Below are positions 9,328 to 18,382 of a stretch of DNA of 64,000 bases, piece after piece (the stretch's first letter is position 1; each line of letters starts with the position of its first letter). The stretch spans positions 5,567 through 69,566 of the forward strand of contig JAWXBW010000047.1 in assembly GCA_034440395.1 (NCBI GenBank). The letters are read 5' to 3'. The position numbers and the translations under genes are program-made. The notes under the pieces are model-generated. The model was given only the letters and a program-made list of their open reading frames with translations. It made no database searches and was not told the origin of the DNA. The DNA is from Blastochloris sp. Lineage in GTDB: Bacteria > Verrucomicrobiota > Verrucomicrobiia > Methylacidiphilales > JAAUTS01.

Positions 9328-10542
9328 TTAGAAAGAATAAACAACTTGAGCAGCCACGCGGTTTGCGAAGTCATCCGTAAGCGTTCCTGTGGAATCAACG
9401 ACGACATTGCTTCCAGCATCAACCCGATACTCAACGCGGAAGAGCAATTCTTCGGTAAGTTGGAAACCAGCCGTGGCCGTCCAGCTGAAAACATCGTCAC
9501 TGAAACTCGGATCACGACCAGCTAGGCCGAGGAGTTGGTTGTCATCATTGTGAGCATATTCGGCACGGCCTGCTAGGCTGAATATTTCTGTAAATTGATA
9601 CTTAGCATAGAGAGCCACGGTATAGAAGTTTGAGGAGTTATCAACCGCTGGATCGACTGCAGGTGTGCTAAAGTCATTAGCCACCCAGTATGATGTGTTA
9701 AAGGCTAGCAAGAGCTTTTCTTTACAGCAATGCGGAGCCCAGGTTCCCCACCAGTTTAGACCCATGATAGGCTCATTTTCTGTTTGCCCTAAGCCAGCAT
9801 CACCCACAGGGGCAGCATGATAAGCTAGTTGTGTTTCGGCATTTCCGCTTTCGTTGGTCAACCCTAGGCCACCAGTAAAAGCGTAACCATCTGAAGTCGT
9901 ATCAAGTCCTACGTTAGTGGATTGGCCTGCTCCGTTGATGACTCCGCCCATTATGCTCAGACGATCATTTATTGGGTAAGTTCCTAAAATACCTGTCGAT
10001 GGTGCTGGATCTAGGGACGCGTTAAACCCTTGGGTGATATTCATATTTGCTGGACGTTCATCGGCTTCAAATCCCAAGATGGAACCAAACTTGCCGACTT
10101 GTAGATCTAAGCCGTTTCCCACGGGAACTCGGATTAAAACGTGGGCTTGTTGCAAGTAAATGCTGTCACTTGTTCCAGACTCTGCACCCGCCGTGTTAAG
10201 TGCATCAGCATCTTCACCTAGCATAATGTCCACTCGGAAACCCGCTTGGAATTCATTCTTATCACTGAGTGGTTTTTCTAGCACAACCTTAAAGGCATTG
10301 AGGTTAAAATCTCCGCTTCCACCTGTGTCCACTCCACCGTAACTGGACTGAGGGCCTGAGGAGCCGGTGAAGTTGTAGATATAACCTGCATCAACATAAC
10401 CGCTGAGATTAATTTTAGGGGTGTTTGTTTCTACGTAGATAGCGTCATCCACAACTTTATCGAGGTTTTTTGCGTCATTGCCTGCATAAGCATTCGCACT
10501 CACTAGTGCTAGGATCGTCAGGACTTTTAGGGTGTTGTTCAT
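9328..10542 (-). CDS. Outer-membrane beta-barrel porin
   Basis: Signal peptide MNNTLKVLTILALVSANAYA starts from ATG 10542, with AAGGA 9 nt upstream. The track ORF begins earlier, at 10596. The sequence is Gly/aromatic-rich with alternating beta-strand pattern and ends with the C-terminal ...AAQVVYSF (terminal Phe). Confidence 0.75.
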   Translation of the reverse strand: MNNTLKVLTILALVSANAYAGNDAKNLDKVVDDAIYVETNTPKINLSGYVDAGYIYNFTGSSGPQSSYGGVDTGGSGDFNLNAFKVVLEKPLSDKNEFQAGFRVDIMLGEDADALNTAGAESGTSDSIYLQQAHVLIRVPVGNGLDLQVGKFGSILGFEADERPANMNITQGFNASLDPAPSTGILGTYPINDRLSIMGGVINGAGQSTNVGLDTTSDGYAFTGGLGLTNESGNAETQLAYHAAPVGDAGLGQTENEPIMGLNWWGTWAPHCCKEKLLLAFNTSYWVANDFSTPAVDPAVDNSSNFYTVALYAKYQFTEIFSLAGRAEYAHNDDNQLLGLAGRDPSFSDDVFSWTATAGFQLTEELLFRVEYRVDAGSNVVVDSTGTLTDDFANRVAAQVVYSF

Positions 10543-10652
10543 TATAATATTCCTTGGTTGGTGAAATCTTTTAGTGAGATTGGCTCTTAACATCACTTTG
10601 TCAAATAAATTTTCTTGTTAGCTGTTTTCTTTTTCTGTTTACCTTAAGGCTG

Positions 10653-12176
10653 ATGTTTCTTTCTCTTTCCATCCGTAACTTTTACGCTCTATCTGCCTTG
10701 ACACTACTAACGTTCTCCTTGGATGGCTCTGAAGTTGCCACAAGCAAACCCCTCGCCCGTGAGTTCCGTGGGGCTTGGGTGGCCACAGTCTATAACTTAG
10801 ACTGGCCTTCTAAGCCAGGACTGCCTGTGGAAGAACAAAAACGCGAGCTACGCGTTCTCCTTGACCGAGCCAAAAACTTAGGGCTGAACGCCATCGTTTT
10901 TCAAGTGCGCCCTTCCTGCGATGCCCTTTACGCCTCCCCCTACGAGCCATGGTCTCCGTATCTTACTGGCAAAATGGGGGAAGCTCCTCAGCCCTTCTAT
11001 GATCCCCTTGAGTATGCCGTAACCCAAGCTCACGCCCGATGCCTAGAATTACATGCTTGGATCAATCCTTACCGTGCCCGCACAGGCAAGGACTTTGTAC
11101 CTTCCCGGGGGCACATCACAAAAACAAATCCCAGCTGGATAAGAACCTACACGAGTCAAGAATGGCTCGACCCTGGCCTGCCCGAGGTGCGTGAGCATGT
11201 ATTAAAAGTTGTGAGAGACATCGTACGCCGCTACGACATTGATGGGCTGCACATTGACGATTACTTTTATCCCTATCCGAAAGTAAAAAACGGAAAGCGT
11301 CTAGAATTTCCCGACGGCAAAACCTACCAAGCCTATCGCACAAGAGGCGGCCTTTTAGGAAAAAGCGATTGGCGACGGGATAATGTTAACCAGATGGTGC
11401 AGTCCATCCATCAAGTCGTTCGGGAAGAAAAACCGTGGGTAAAATTTGGAGTCAGCCCTTTCGGAATCTGGAAGCCTGGTGTGCCGAAAGGAACCATGGC
11501 TAATGTCGATGCCCGGGAAGATCTCCATGCAGATTCACGGCTTTGGCTACAAGAAGGTTGGCTAGACTATTGTGCGCCACAACTCTACTGGTCACGCGAT
11601 TCCCCTGAGCAGGCCTTTGATCCTTTGCTGACATGGTGGGCCTTGCAAAACACGAAGGGCCGTCACCTCTGGCCGGGCATAGCTACCGAGCGTGTGGGAG
11701 TGAAGCGTCGCCCAGAAGAGATGGTGGCTCAAGTCATGCTCATGCGGTTGCGCCTACAAAGTCAGGGTCATATTCACTGGAACTTTAAACCTCTTTTAAC
11801 TGATCAATTAGGGGTGGGCACCCTTTTAAAGAAAAAAGTTTATACTGAAATAGCCCTTGTTCCAGAATCACCTTGGATGGTTCCTACTCAACTAGGGCGC
11901 CCCACGTTTTTGCTTAAGAGTGAGACCAGTCAAAAGGAATGGTCCCTTTCATGGTCTCTACCACCGAACTCAGCTCCACCTGCTCTCTGGATTTTACGAA
12001 GAAAACGTAGCGGGACTTACGTAACAGAGCTGCTTCCAGCCAGGATGCGCTCTGTCAGCTTCGAAGATACTAGTCTGGCAGAAGTGAGTTTAACCGCAGT
12101 GGATCGCTACGGGCGTTTAAGCGCAGAGCAAAAAAGTCTCCGCCCTCCGCGTGCAGAAAAAGTGGCGCACCAGTAA
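10653..12176 (+). CDS. Glycosyl-hydrolase-like family 10 (GHL10/DUF187, YngK/YddW-like) protein
   Basis: 507 aa with a signal-like N-terminus. FRGAWVATVYNLDWPS...LNAIVFQVRP...HAWINPYR...DGLHIDDYFYP is characteristic of GHL10. Confidence 0.75.
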   Translation: MFLSLSIRNFYALSALTLLTFSLDGSEVATSKPLAREFRGAWVATVYNLDWPSKPGLPVEEQKRELRVLLDRAKNLGLNAIVFQVRPSCDALYASPYEPWSPYLTGKMGEAPQPFYDPLEYAVTQAHARCLELHAWINPYRARTGKDFVPSRGHITKTNPSWIRTYTSQEWLDPGLPEVREHVLKVVRDIVRRYDIDGLHIDDYFYPYPKVKNGKRLEFPDGKTYQAYRTRGGLLGKSDWRRDNVNQMVQSIHQVVREEKPWVKFGVSPFGIWKPGVPKGTMANVDAREDLHADSRLWLQEGWLDYCAPQLYWSRDSPEQAFDPLLTWWALQNTKGRHLWPGIATERVGVKRRPEEMVAQVMLMRLRLQSQGHIHWNFKPLLTDQLGVGTLLKKKVYTEIALVPESPWMVPTQLGRPTFLLKSETSQKEWSLSWSLPPNSAPPALWILRRKRSGTYVTELLPARMRSVSFEDTSLAEVSLTAVDRYGRLSAEQKSLRPPRAEKVAHQ

Positions 12177-12188
12177 AACGCATTTGGA

Positions 12189-13547
12189 CTAGCGAATAAG
12201 GGACGACACTAATGCCTTAGCTCGGGCTAAAGCCTGCTCGGGTGAATGAAGTTTTCCCTCTAACTGTTCATCCATCAAGAGTGTAAGAATATCTCCCAAG
12301 ATTTTCCCTGGCTTAACACCTAATTGTATCAAATCGTTCCCATTGATCAAAGGTGTAGGTTTTAAGTCTTCTTGAGAAATTTCTCCGCGCTTATTTAATA
12401 CAAATTCATAAATATCTAATAAACGGTGACTAGAACTGCAATCGATCCGGTGGAGTTCCACTTCCAGATCCATCGTAGGCCGTGCTAAGAAACGTTTCAA
12501 GGTGCTGACCCGCATGTTCGGCACATCTTTAAAGGCCATGTGATTTGCCACCAGCTCACAAACGTCATGAATCATGTCATTTGAAAAACGTAATCTCCGC
12601 ATGATCGTCTCCGTTTTACGCGCACCGATATGTTCGTGTTCGTTAAAACGGATACGCCCAGTGTGGTCAACTTTATACGTATCAGGCTTAGCAATGTCGT
12701 GGAAGAGGACACCTAAAGCCAGAACGGGATCAGGATTTTTTAAGTGACTAACCATGAGGCGAACATGTTTAAAGACGTCTCCCTCGGGGTGGAATTGCGG
12801 GGGTTGTTCCACACCCTTCATTCGTTCTACTTCAGGAATCCATACTTTAAATAAACCGCTTTGATCCAACAGGTCAAAGGCCTTCAGAGGATTGACCCCA
12901 CAGAGTGCTTTGACCAATTCATCTCGCACCCGTTCGGGGGCTAGGTTGACACTTAGAGGCACCAAAGTGCAGAGAGCTTTCCATGTCTCGATTTCGATTT
13001 CAAAATCCAATTGCGCCGCAAAACGGATGGCACGAAAGAGGCGGAGTTTATCCTCGGTAAAGCGCATGACGGGGTCGCCAATCCCACGAATCCATTGTTT
13101 TTTAAGATCTGCTTGGCCTCCGACGTAATCGATTACTTTCTCCGTTAGTGGATCGTAGAAAAGTCCATTAATAGTAAAGTCTCGTCGCTCAGCGTCCTTC
13201 TCTGGCGTGGTCGGCTGGATGGAGTCAGGACGGCGCCCGTCGGCATAAGAGCCATCACTTCTAAACATAGCAATCTCAAAGGTCTGATTTTGGTGCATGA
13301 TGCGGACGACGCCGAAAGCTTTGCCTTGAAGATCGGTGACTTTAGGGAAAAGTTTTTGGATTTGTTCGACATTGGCGTTGGTGGCTATGTCAATATCTGT
13401 TGCCGGACGTTGTAAGAGATGATCTCGCACGCAGCCTCCAGCGAAGTAGGCGATGTAACCCGCTTGAGTTAATTTTTTAACCACACTACGCGCCCCTTTA
13501 CCGCTAGGGCCATTGATGCCGTCGAGGGTTTGAGTCTGTGCTATCAT
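12189..13547 (-). CDS. cca: CCA-adding tRNA nucleotidyltransferase (PolyA-pol head plus HD domain)
   Basis: 452 aa with YFAGGCVRDHLLQRPATDIDIAT, RRDFTINGLFYD and an HD region (LFHDIAKPDT). Confidence 0.85.
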   Translation of the reverse strand: MIAQTQTLDGINGPSGKGARSVVKKLTQAGYIAYFAGGCVRDHLLQRPATDIDIATNANVEQIQKLFPKVTDLQGKAFGVVRIMHQNQTFEIAMFRSDGSYADGRRPDSIQPTTPEKDAERRDFTINGLFYDPLTEKVIDYVGGQADLKKQWIRGIGDPVMRFTEDKLRLFRAIRFAAQLDFEIEIETWKALCTLVPLSVNLAPERVRDELVKALCGVNPLKAFDLLDQSGLFKVWIPEVERMKGVEQPPQFHPEGDVFKHVRLMVSHLKNPDPVLALGVLFHDIAKPDTYKVDHTGRIRFNEHEHIGARKTETIMRRLRFSNDMIHDVCELVANHMAFKDVPNMRVSTLKRFLARPTMDLEVELHRIDCSSSHRLLDIYEFVLNKRGEISQEDLKPTPLINGNDLIQLGVKPGKILGDILTLLMDEQLEGKLHSPEQALARAKALVSSLIR

Positions 13548-14566
13548 GGGATCTTCTTATATTGATGCGAGTAGTTTAAATAAACTAAACCACCTAGTAG
13601 TGCTAAGATCATGCCTAGCCCAAGAAAGATCAGGGAAAAGGCTACGGCCGTTTCCTTACCCACGACGCTGCCATGGCGGGTGACTTGAAAAATACCAAAC
13701 ATTAAAATCAACATCCACTCTCTTACTCCATGACCGCTAATGCTGATCGGTAAGCTAATAGCACAAAGGGTGAGGGAAAAAATGATCGTGATGAGTGGGT
13801 AAGAAACTTCTAAGTGTAAGGAGCGAGCGATGCAGTAGCCTGAGCTTAATATAAAAAATACACTGATGCCAGCCATGGCAATGGCCTTCAAAGTCAGATG
13901 ACCAGCCTTGCCGTGCTCATGAAACCCCTCGTAAAGGGAAAGAATCACATCACGCTTAGGCACCTTGAGCCAGATGTTTTTCAACCCTTGTGGCAGACGG
14001 TGCAAAGGAAAAAAGAATAGGGTTAAAATACCGATAAAAACAACGCCGAGCAGGGCTGCTAGAATGAGGATGTATTCTCGAGCTTCTGGGTTGTCTGCGA
14101 TTTGCGTAAATTTAAAAGGGATCAGCAACATGGTAACCGTTAAGATGGCGATAAGTCCTAAGACTCGATCCGTCAAAATAGAAAGCGTCGCCCGTGCTTT
14201 GCGGTCTGGAGCTTGCTTTATGGTGTAGAAGATTTTAATAAGATCTCCGCCTGTTGAGCCTGGCAGAAAGGCGTTAAAAAAATTCCCAATCATGACAAGT
14301 GATCCAGCGCTAAGAAGTTTCAGGTGAATACCTTGAACTTTAAGTAGATACCACCACCGTAGTGTGGTGCAAGGAATGGCTAAAGTAATGCAGCTGAAGC
14401 CAAGGATGAGCCAGAGCGTGTCGGCCGCCTTCAGCTCAGCGGCTAGCACGCTTAGGTCATTGGTCCGCACCAGCCATATGAGAATAGCTAGCGTAACAGA
14501 GAGCCGCAGCCAGAAGCTCCAGGATTTTAATGTTGAAGGGATGCGGGACCGTTTTGTTTCCACCAT
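13544..14566 (-). CDS. UPF0104 / lysylphosphatidylglycerol-synthase-TM-like (flippase-like) membrane protein
   Basis: 340 aa, polytopic. GNFFNAFLPGSTGGDLIKIFY is the family signature. It has a 4-nt overlap with cca. Confidence 0.7.
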   Translation of the reverse strand: MVETKRSRIPSTLKSWSFWLRLSVTLAILIWLVRTNDLSVLAAELKAADTLWLILGFSCITLAIPCTTLRWWYLLKVQGIHLKLLSAGSLVMIGNFFNAFLPGSTGGDLIKIFYTIKQAPDRKARATLSILTDRVLGLIAILTVTMLLIPFKFTQIADNPEAREYILILAALLGVVFIGILTLFFFPLHRLPQGLKNIWLKVPKRDVILSLYEGFHEHGKAGHLTLKAIAMAGISVFFILSSGYCIARSLHLEVSYPLITIIFSLTLCAISLPISISGHGVREWMLILMFGIFQVTRHGSVVGKETAVAFSLIFLGLGMILALLGGLVYLNYSHQYKKIP

Positions 14567-15474
14567 AAAAGAGATTGTAAGACCTTATCTTTCGCCACCC
14601 TTGGAGATAGTTCAAGGACATAACAGGGATCTTGGGTAAGCGAGGCACATTTTTCTATCAAAGGCCAAAGTTGCTCAAAGGGTATGGAACCTGTCCCTGG
14701 GACTTGATGATCACGGTGCGGATGGACGAGATCATGAATATGGCAGCCTATTAGCCGAGGTGCTAAGGAGCTGAGATGTTGATAATGATCGATAAATCCC
14801 AGCGTGTGCTTACGGGCAGCATGACCGAAGTCATGCCAGTAGCCTGCGGTTTGGGGCAATGCCGCAAAGATCTGAGGCCAAGCCGAGTCGATCGGGATCT
14901 CTTCAATACTCTCGCGACACTCCAGCCCAAGCTTAATATTTTTAGCGGAGGCATGAGCAATGAGTTGATGCAAAACCTCTTCCACCCAGGGCCACTGGAT
15001 CTTAAGCCAACGCTCGTGATCAATGACGGCTTGAACCTTCAACTTTACATACGCACGGGACCCCAGTTTCCCTTGGGTATAAAGAGCTTCTATTTGATTA
15101 CTCACCTGCTTTTGCTCCGTGGTGCCTAAATGTAAGACCACCGCACGAGCTCCGAACATCGCAGCGTGATCAATCGTCTGAAGCGTATATTTAAGGGCAT
15201 GGGTGCGCTGGATGGATTTAGGATGGGAGAATTCATAACAATTCGGCGCAGCCCGAGTGAACCCCATAGGTAGAGGGCAGAAATTGTGCAGGGATTGAAT
15301 TCGGATGAGCTTTTCCTCATGCGCCTTCAAGATGCCTGGCCATAAGCTGTAACGTATGCCATGACCTAGTTCTACGGACTCAAACCCCATCTCCGCTAAT
15401 TCACTGAGCATGGCGTAGCCGTCTTCATGTCGAGAAGAGTTCCAGCAAGCGGAAATAGAAAGGGAAGGTTTCAC
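14527..15474 (-). CDS. Sugar-phosphate isomerase/epimerase (xylose-isomerase-like TIM barrel)
   Basis: 315 aa with GFESVELGH...AVVLHLG...LGLECRE...WHDFGHA, the pattern of AP-endonuclease-2/TIM-barrel family proteins. It overlaps the downstream gene by 40 nt. Confidence 0.7.
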   Translation of the reverse strand: MKPSLSISACWNSSRHEDGYAMLSELAEMGFESVELGHGIRYSLWPGILKAHEEKLIRIQSLHNFCPLPMGFTRAAPNCYEFSHPKSIQRTHALKYTLQTIDHAAMFGARAVVLHLGTTEQKQVSNQIEALYTQGKLGSRAYVKLKVQAVIDHERWLKIQWPWVEEVLHQLIAHASAKNIKLGLECRESIEEIPIDSAWPQIFAALPQTAGYWHDFGHAARKHTLGFIDHYQHLSSLAPRLIGCHIHDLVHPHRDHQVPGTGSIPFEQLWPLIEKCASLTQDPCYVLELSPRVAKDKVLQSLLWWKQNGPASLQH

Positions 15475-15530
15475 GTAGTTAACTCTAGAGAGCTAATTCT
15501 ACCCTTCGGAGCATGGGAGTGTCAAAAAAA

Positions 15531-15566
15531 CAAAAAACCCGATCCTGCATAAGTGCGGGATCGGGT
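15531..15566 (-). terminator. Rho-independent terminator of rpsU
   Basis: Stem ACCCGATCC (15537-15545) pairs with GGATCGGGT (15558-15566). The plus-strand A6 run 15532-15537 gives a T tail on the minus strand. It lies 22 nt past the rpsU stop. Confidence 0.75.
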
Positions 15567-15587
15567 TTTGTTAAATTCATCTCTTAA

Positions 15588-15776
15588 TTAGAGAGAAAAA
15601 TTACCCCAATAATTAATTTTGGGTTCTTTAGCCTTGCGGCGTTTACGTTCGCTCGGCTTCTCGTGGTTGCGGCGTTGGCGCGCATCACGAAGAGTGCCTT
15701 CGCGGTCTAATTTCTTTTTCAGGCGGCGCAATGCTTTGTCCACTGACTCACCTTTTTTTAGTTTTACTTCAGTCAT
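15588..15776 (-). CDS. rpsU: 30S ribosomal protein S21
   Basis: 62 aa, with ESVDKALRRLKKKLDREGTLRDARQRRNHEKPSERKRRK. A GAGGTGAAAAG ribosome-binding site lies upstream. Confidence 0.9.
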   Translation of the reverse strand: MTEVKLKKGESVDKALRRLKKKLDREGTLRDARQRRNHEKPSERKRRKAKEPKINYWGNFSL

Positions 15777-16005
15777 GTCTTTTCACCTCACGATCTAGTT
15801 GTTTAAAAGCTTCCTCTTTTGGGAGGGCTGATAACATAGTCCATGAGGATTAGCACTGTCAAACAACGATACGTAAAAAGTACTATTTTAAGCCCAATTA
15901 CTTTACCTAGGTGAAATAGTTGGCTTCTGATATTTCGCGAAAATATGATGCAAATATCTAATAATCATAGGCTTAAGCATAATCAAAGTTTGCAAGACTT
16001 AGGGC

Positions 16006-16635
16006 TTAGGAAAAACGGTCAGCGGCGATAAAAACCCGACCCGCCTCCAATTGCAACCCCGAAACGCTGAAATTGAGGGGTTCGAGCCCTAACTTTTCTT
16101 GACTCTCTATCTCAAGAAAAAGGGTATTACTGACCAAGGTCTCCCCATCATCTGCCACATCTTCACCTAACTTAGCCGCTAAATTTACGGCATCGCCAAA
16201 GAAATCGTGCTGCGGAATCAAGAGGATTTTTCCGTGCGCAATGCCGATCCCGACTTGCACATTATCAACATCAGGTAAGCCATTACAGAGATCGGCGAAG
16301 GTTTGATGAATTTCTAATGCGCAATAAACGGCATCGACCTTATTATTAAAAACGCAATAACCGTTATCTGCCTCAAACTTCACCAGCTCGCCTTTCCATG
16401 TCTCTAAAATGGGAGCAACGATTTTTTGCATATAGCGAATCTTACGAAGAAAAAAGAGTAGGCCATGCTTTTGCACCTTCGTGGTAAACCCAGCCATATC
16501 AAGAACCAAAACCGTTTTCTCTGCGCCGAAGCGAGACCACAGTCTGGCCTCAGCCTCTTCACGTTTAGACACGTCCGGATCATTACACGCATCAAGCAAT
16601 GCGTAGAATTCACTTAAGCTTTCGTCATAAGCCAT
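16006..16635 (-). CDS. Stand-alone class III adenylate/guanylate cyclase domain protein
   Basis: 209 aa with VLVLDMAGFT (first metal Asp), KFEADNGYCVF, VGIGIAHGKILL and FFGDAVNLAAKLGE. Confidence 0.7.
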   Translation of the reverse strand: MAYDESLSEFYALLDACNDPDVSKREEAEARLWSRFGAEKTVLVLDMAGFTTKVQKHGLLFFLRKIRYMQKIVAPILETWKGELVKFEADNGYCVFNNKVDAVYCALEIHQTFADLCNGLPDVDNVQVGIGIAHGKILLIPQHDFFGDAVNLAAKLGEDVADDGETLVSNTLFLEIESQEKLGLEPLNFSVSGLQLEAGRVFIAADRFS

Positions 16636-16700
16636 GGAGTATCCTAGTCTCTAAAAAGAAGAAGGCACAGGAAATAATAGGGAAACTGAGGGCATCCACT

Positions 16701-17744
16701 TCAATAACAATCATTCCGCGGGTTGCCTGCGTTGATTAGATATTTGTCCGGTGTCTCCACTTCAAAGAGCGCATCTGTATTTAAAAAACGGTCACAAGTT
16801 AAGAAAAAGTCCCTCTCATTTTCGCAACGGCGAATGTCGTGCAGGAACTGATCCTGAGGATCAATCTTTTGGGCGATAAAATTCATAAACTTTTTCATCT
16901 TAGCTACACGAATACGATCAGGCAGGTGGTGAGGCATGGTATTCCGGTAAAGCATCTCAATGTAAGCTCGGAGATCAAGCAACGTAGGGCGGGTTTGTAC
17001 CGATCCCGAGTCATAAAGTTCACGGATTTGATTAAAAATCCATGGATTACGAATCGCACCGCGTCCGATCATGAGACCAGCCGCTTGCGTTTCCGTAGCA
17101 ATGTCACGTGCCATTTGCGCACTGAGGATGTTTCCATTGGCAAATACAGGGCAAGCCATGCGCCGTGCCGCTTCAGCGATTAATTCGTAATGGACGGCGG
17201 CGCGGTACATTTCCTTTACGGTGCGGCCATGAACGGTAAGAGCATCAATGCCCTGCGTGCTATAAATATCAAGTAAGGCCGTAAATTCTGAGATGGTATC
17301 AAAACCGACGCGAGTCTTAACCGTAAATGGAATACTCAAGGCGGAACGCAGGGCGCTCAAAACCGCCACGACATGCTCGGGCTGCCGCAACATGCCTCCT
17401 CCAGAAGCTTTACGGCAAACTATCGGAGCTGGGCAGCCTAAGTTTAGGTCAATGGCTAGGAGCTTTTCTTTCTGTAATTTTTCCACAGTGCGTAGCAATG
17501 AAGGAATATCCTGACCGATGAGTTGAGCGATTACTGGCTTTTGAGCTGGATTCGTGCGGATGGCCTCTAGGATGTGAGCATCCAGAGAAGAGCTGGCATG
17601 AACACGAAAATACTCCGTGAAATAAATATCAGGCCCGCCGTAATGATGCATGATGCGCCAAAAAGGCAAATCCGTCACGTCCTGCATGGGGGCGAGCAAG
17701 AGAACGGGCCGGTTCGCTGGAAATATGGCGGAGAAAGTGGACAA
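16701..17744 (-). CDS. tRNA-dihydrouridine synthase
   Basis: 347 aa with LAPMQDVTDLPFW, IDLNLGCPAPIV, VKTRVG, LTVHGRT and ANGNI. Confidence 0.9.
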   Translation of the reverse strand: MSTFSAIFPANRPVLLLAPMQDVTDLPFWRIMHHYGGPDIYFTEYFRVHASSSLDAHILEAIRTNPAQKPVIAQLIGQDIPSLLRTVEKLQKEKLLAIDLNLGCPAPIVCRKASGGGMLRQPEHVVAVLSALRSALSIPFTVKTRVGFDTISEFTALLDIYSTQGIDALTVHGRTVKEMYRAAVHYELIAEAARRMACPVFANGNILSAQMARDIATETQAAGLMIGRGAIRNPWIFNQIRELYDSGSVQTRPTLLDLRAYIEMLYRNTMPHHLPDRIRVAKMKKFMNFIAQKIDPQDQFLHDIRRCENERDFFLTCDRFLNTDALFEVETPDKYLINAGNPRNDCY

Positions 17745-17797
17745 TAATTTTAAGTTTGAGGTTAATTTTTTCGCTGAAGGTAAAAGCTTTCACCATG

Positions 17798-18367
17798 TTA
17801 CCGTAATTCAGACCACCATTGGGTCACTATCTCCATAGGAAGTCCGATGATGTTGGTCTTAGATCCCTCGATGCGCTCCACTATTTCGTAGCCATGTTCT
17901 TGGAAGGCGTAGGCACCTGCTTTATCCAGGACGTGGACTTTTGCTAAATAGGCACTGATGGCTTGATCATCTAAAGAGCGAAAGGTGACATGGGTGCGGG
18001 CGACGTGCTCGTGCATGATTTTTTCTTTAATGTTTAACCAGACAGCTGCAGTGATAACTTCATGAGTTTTACCGCTAAGCCAGCGTAGCATCTCTCTTGC
18101 TTCTGCCATATCAATAGGTTTGCCCAAAGTGCGCCCATCACAAAAAACTATAGTGTCTGCCACTAAAATAATGCCTTGGGCATGGCGCAACGCAACAGCC
18201 TCTGCTTTAAGTTGTGCATTAGCCAATGCCAGTTCGATGGGGCTTAGGTCAGGCCGGGAGGCGGCATCAAATTCATCGACCAGCGGTGCATCCACACGGA
18301 AGTGAATACCGACTTCCTCAAGTAAGTCCTGACGCCGCGGTGAGCTAGAGGCTAGAATGAGTTCCAC
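17798..18367 (-). CDS. maf: Maf-like nucleoside-triphosphate pyrophosphatase
   Basis: 189 aa with LILASSSPRRQDLL, VADTIV, GKP and DKAGAYAFQE. Confidence 0.9.
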   Translation of the reverse strand: MELILASSSPRRQDLLEEVGIHFRVDAPLVDEFDAASRPDLSPIELALANAQLKAEAVALRHAQGIILVADTIVFCDGRTLGKPIDMAEAREMLRWLSGKTHEVITAAVWLNIKEKIMHEHVARTHVTFRSLDDQAISAYLAKVHVLDKAGAYAFQEHGYEIVERIEGSKTNIIGLPMEIVTQWWSELR

Positions 18368-18382
18368 ACACGTCGTTCCACG

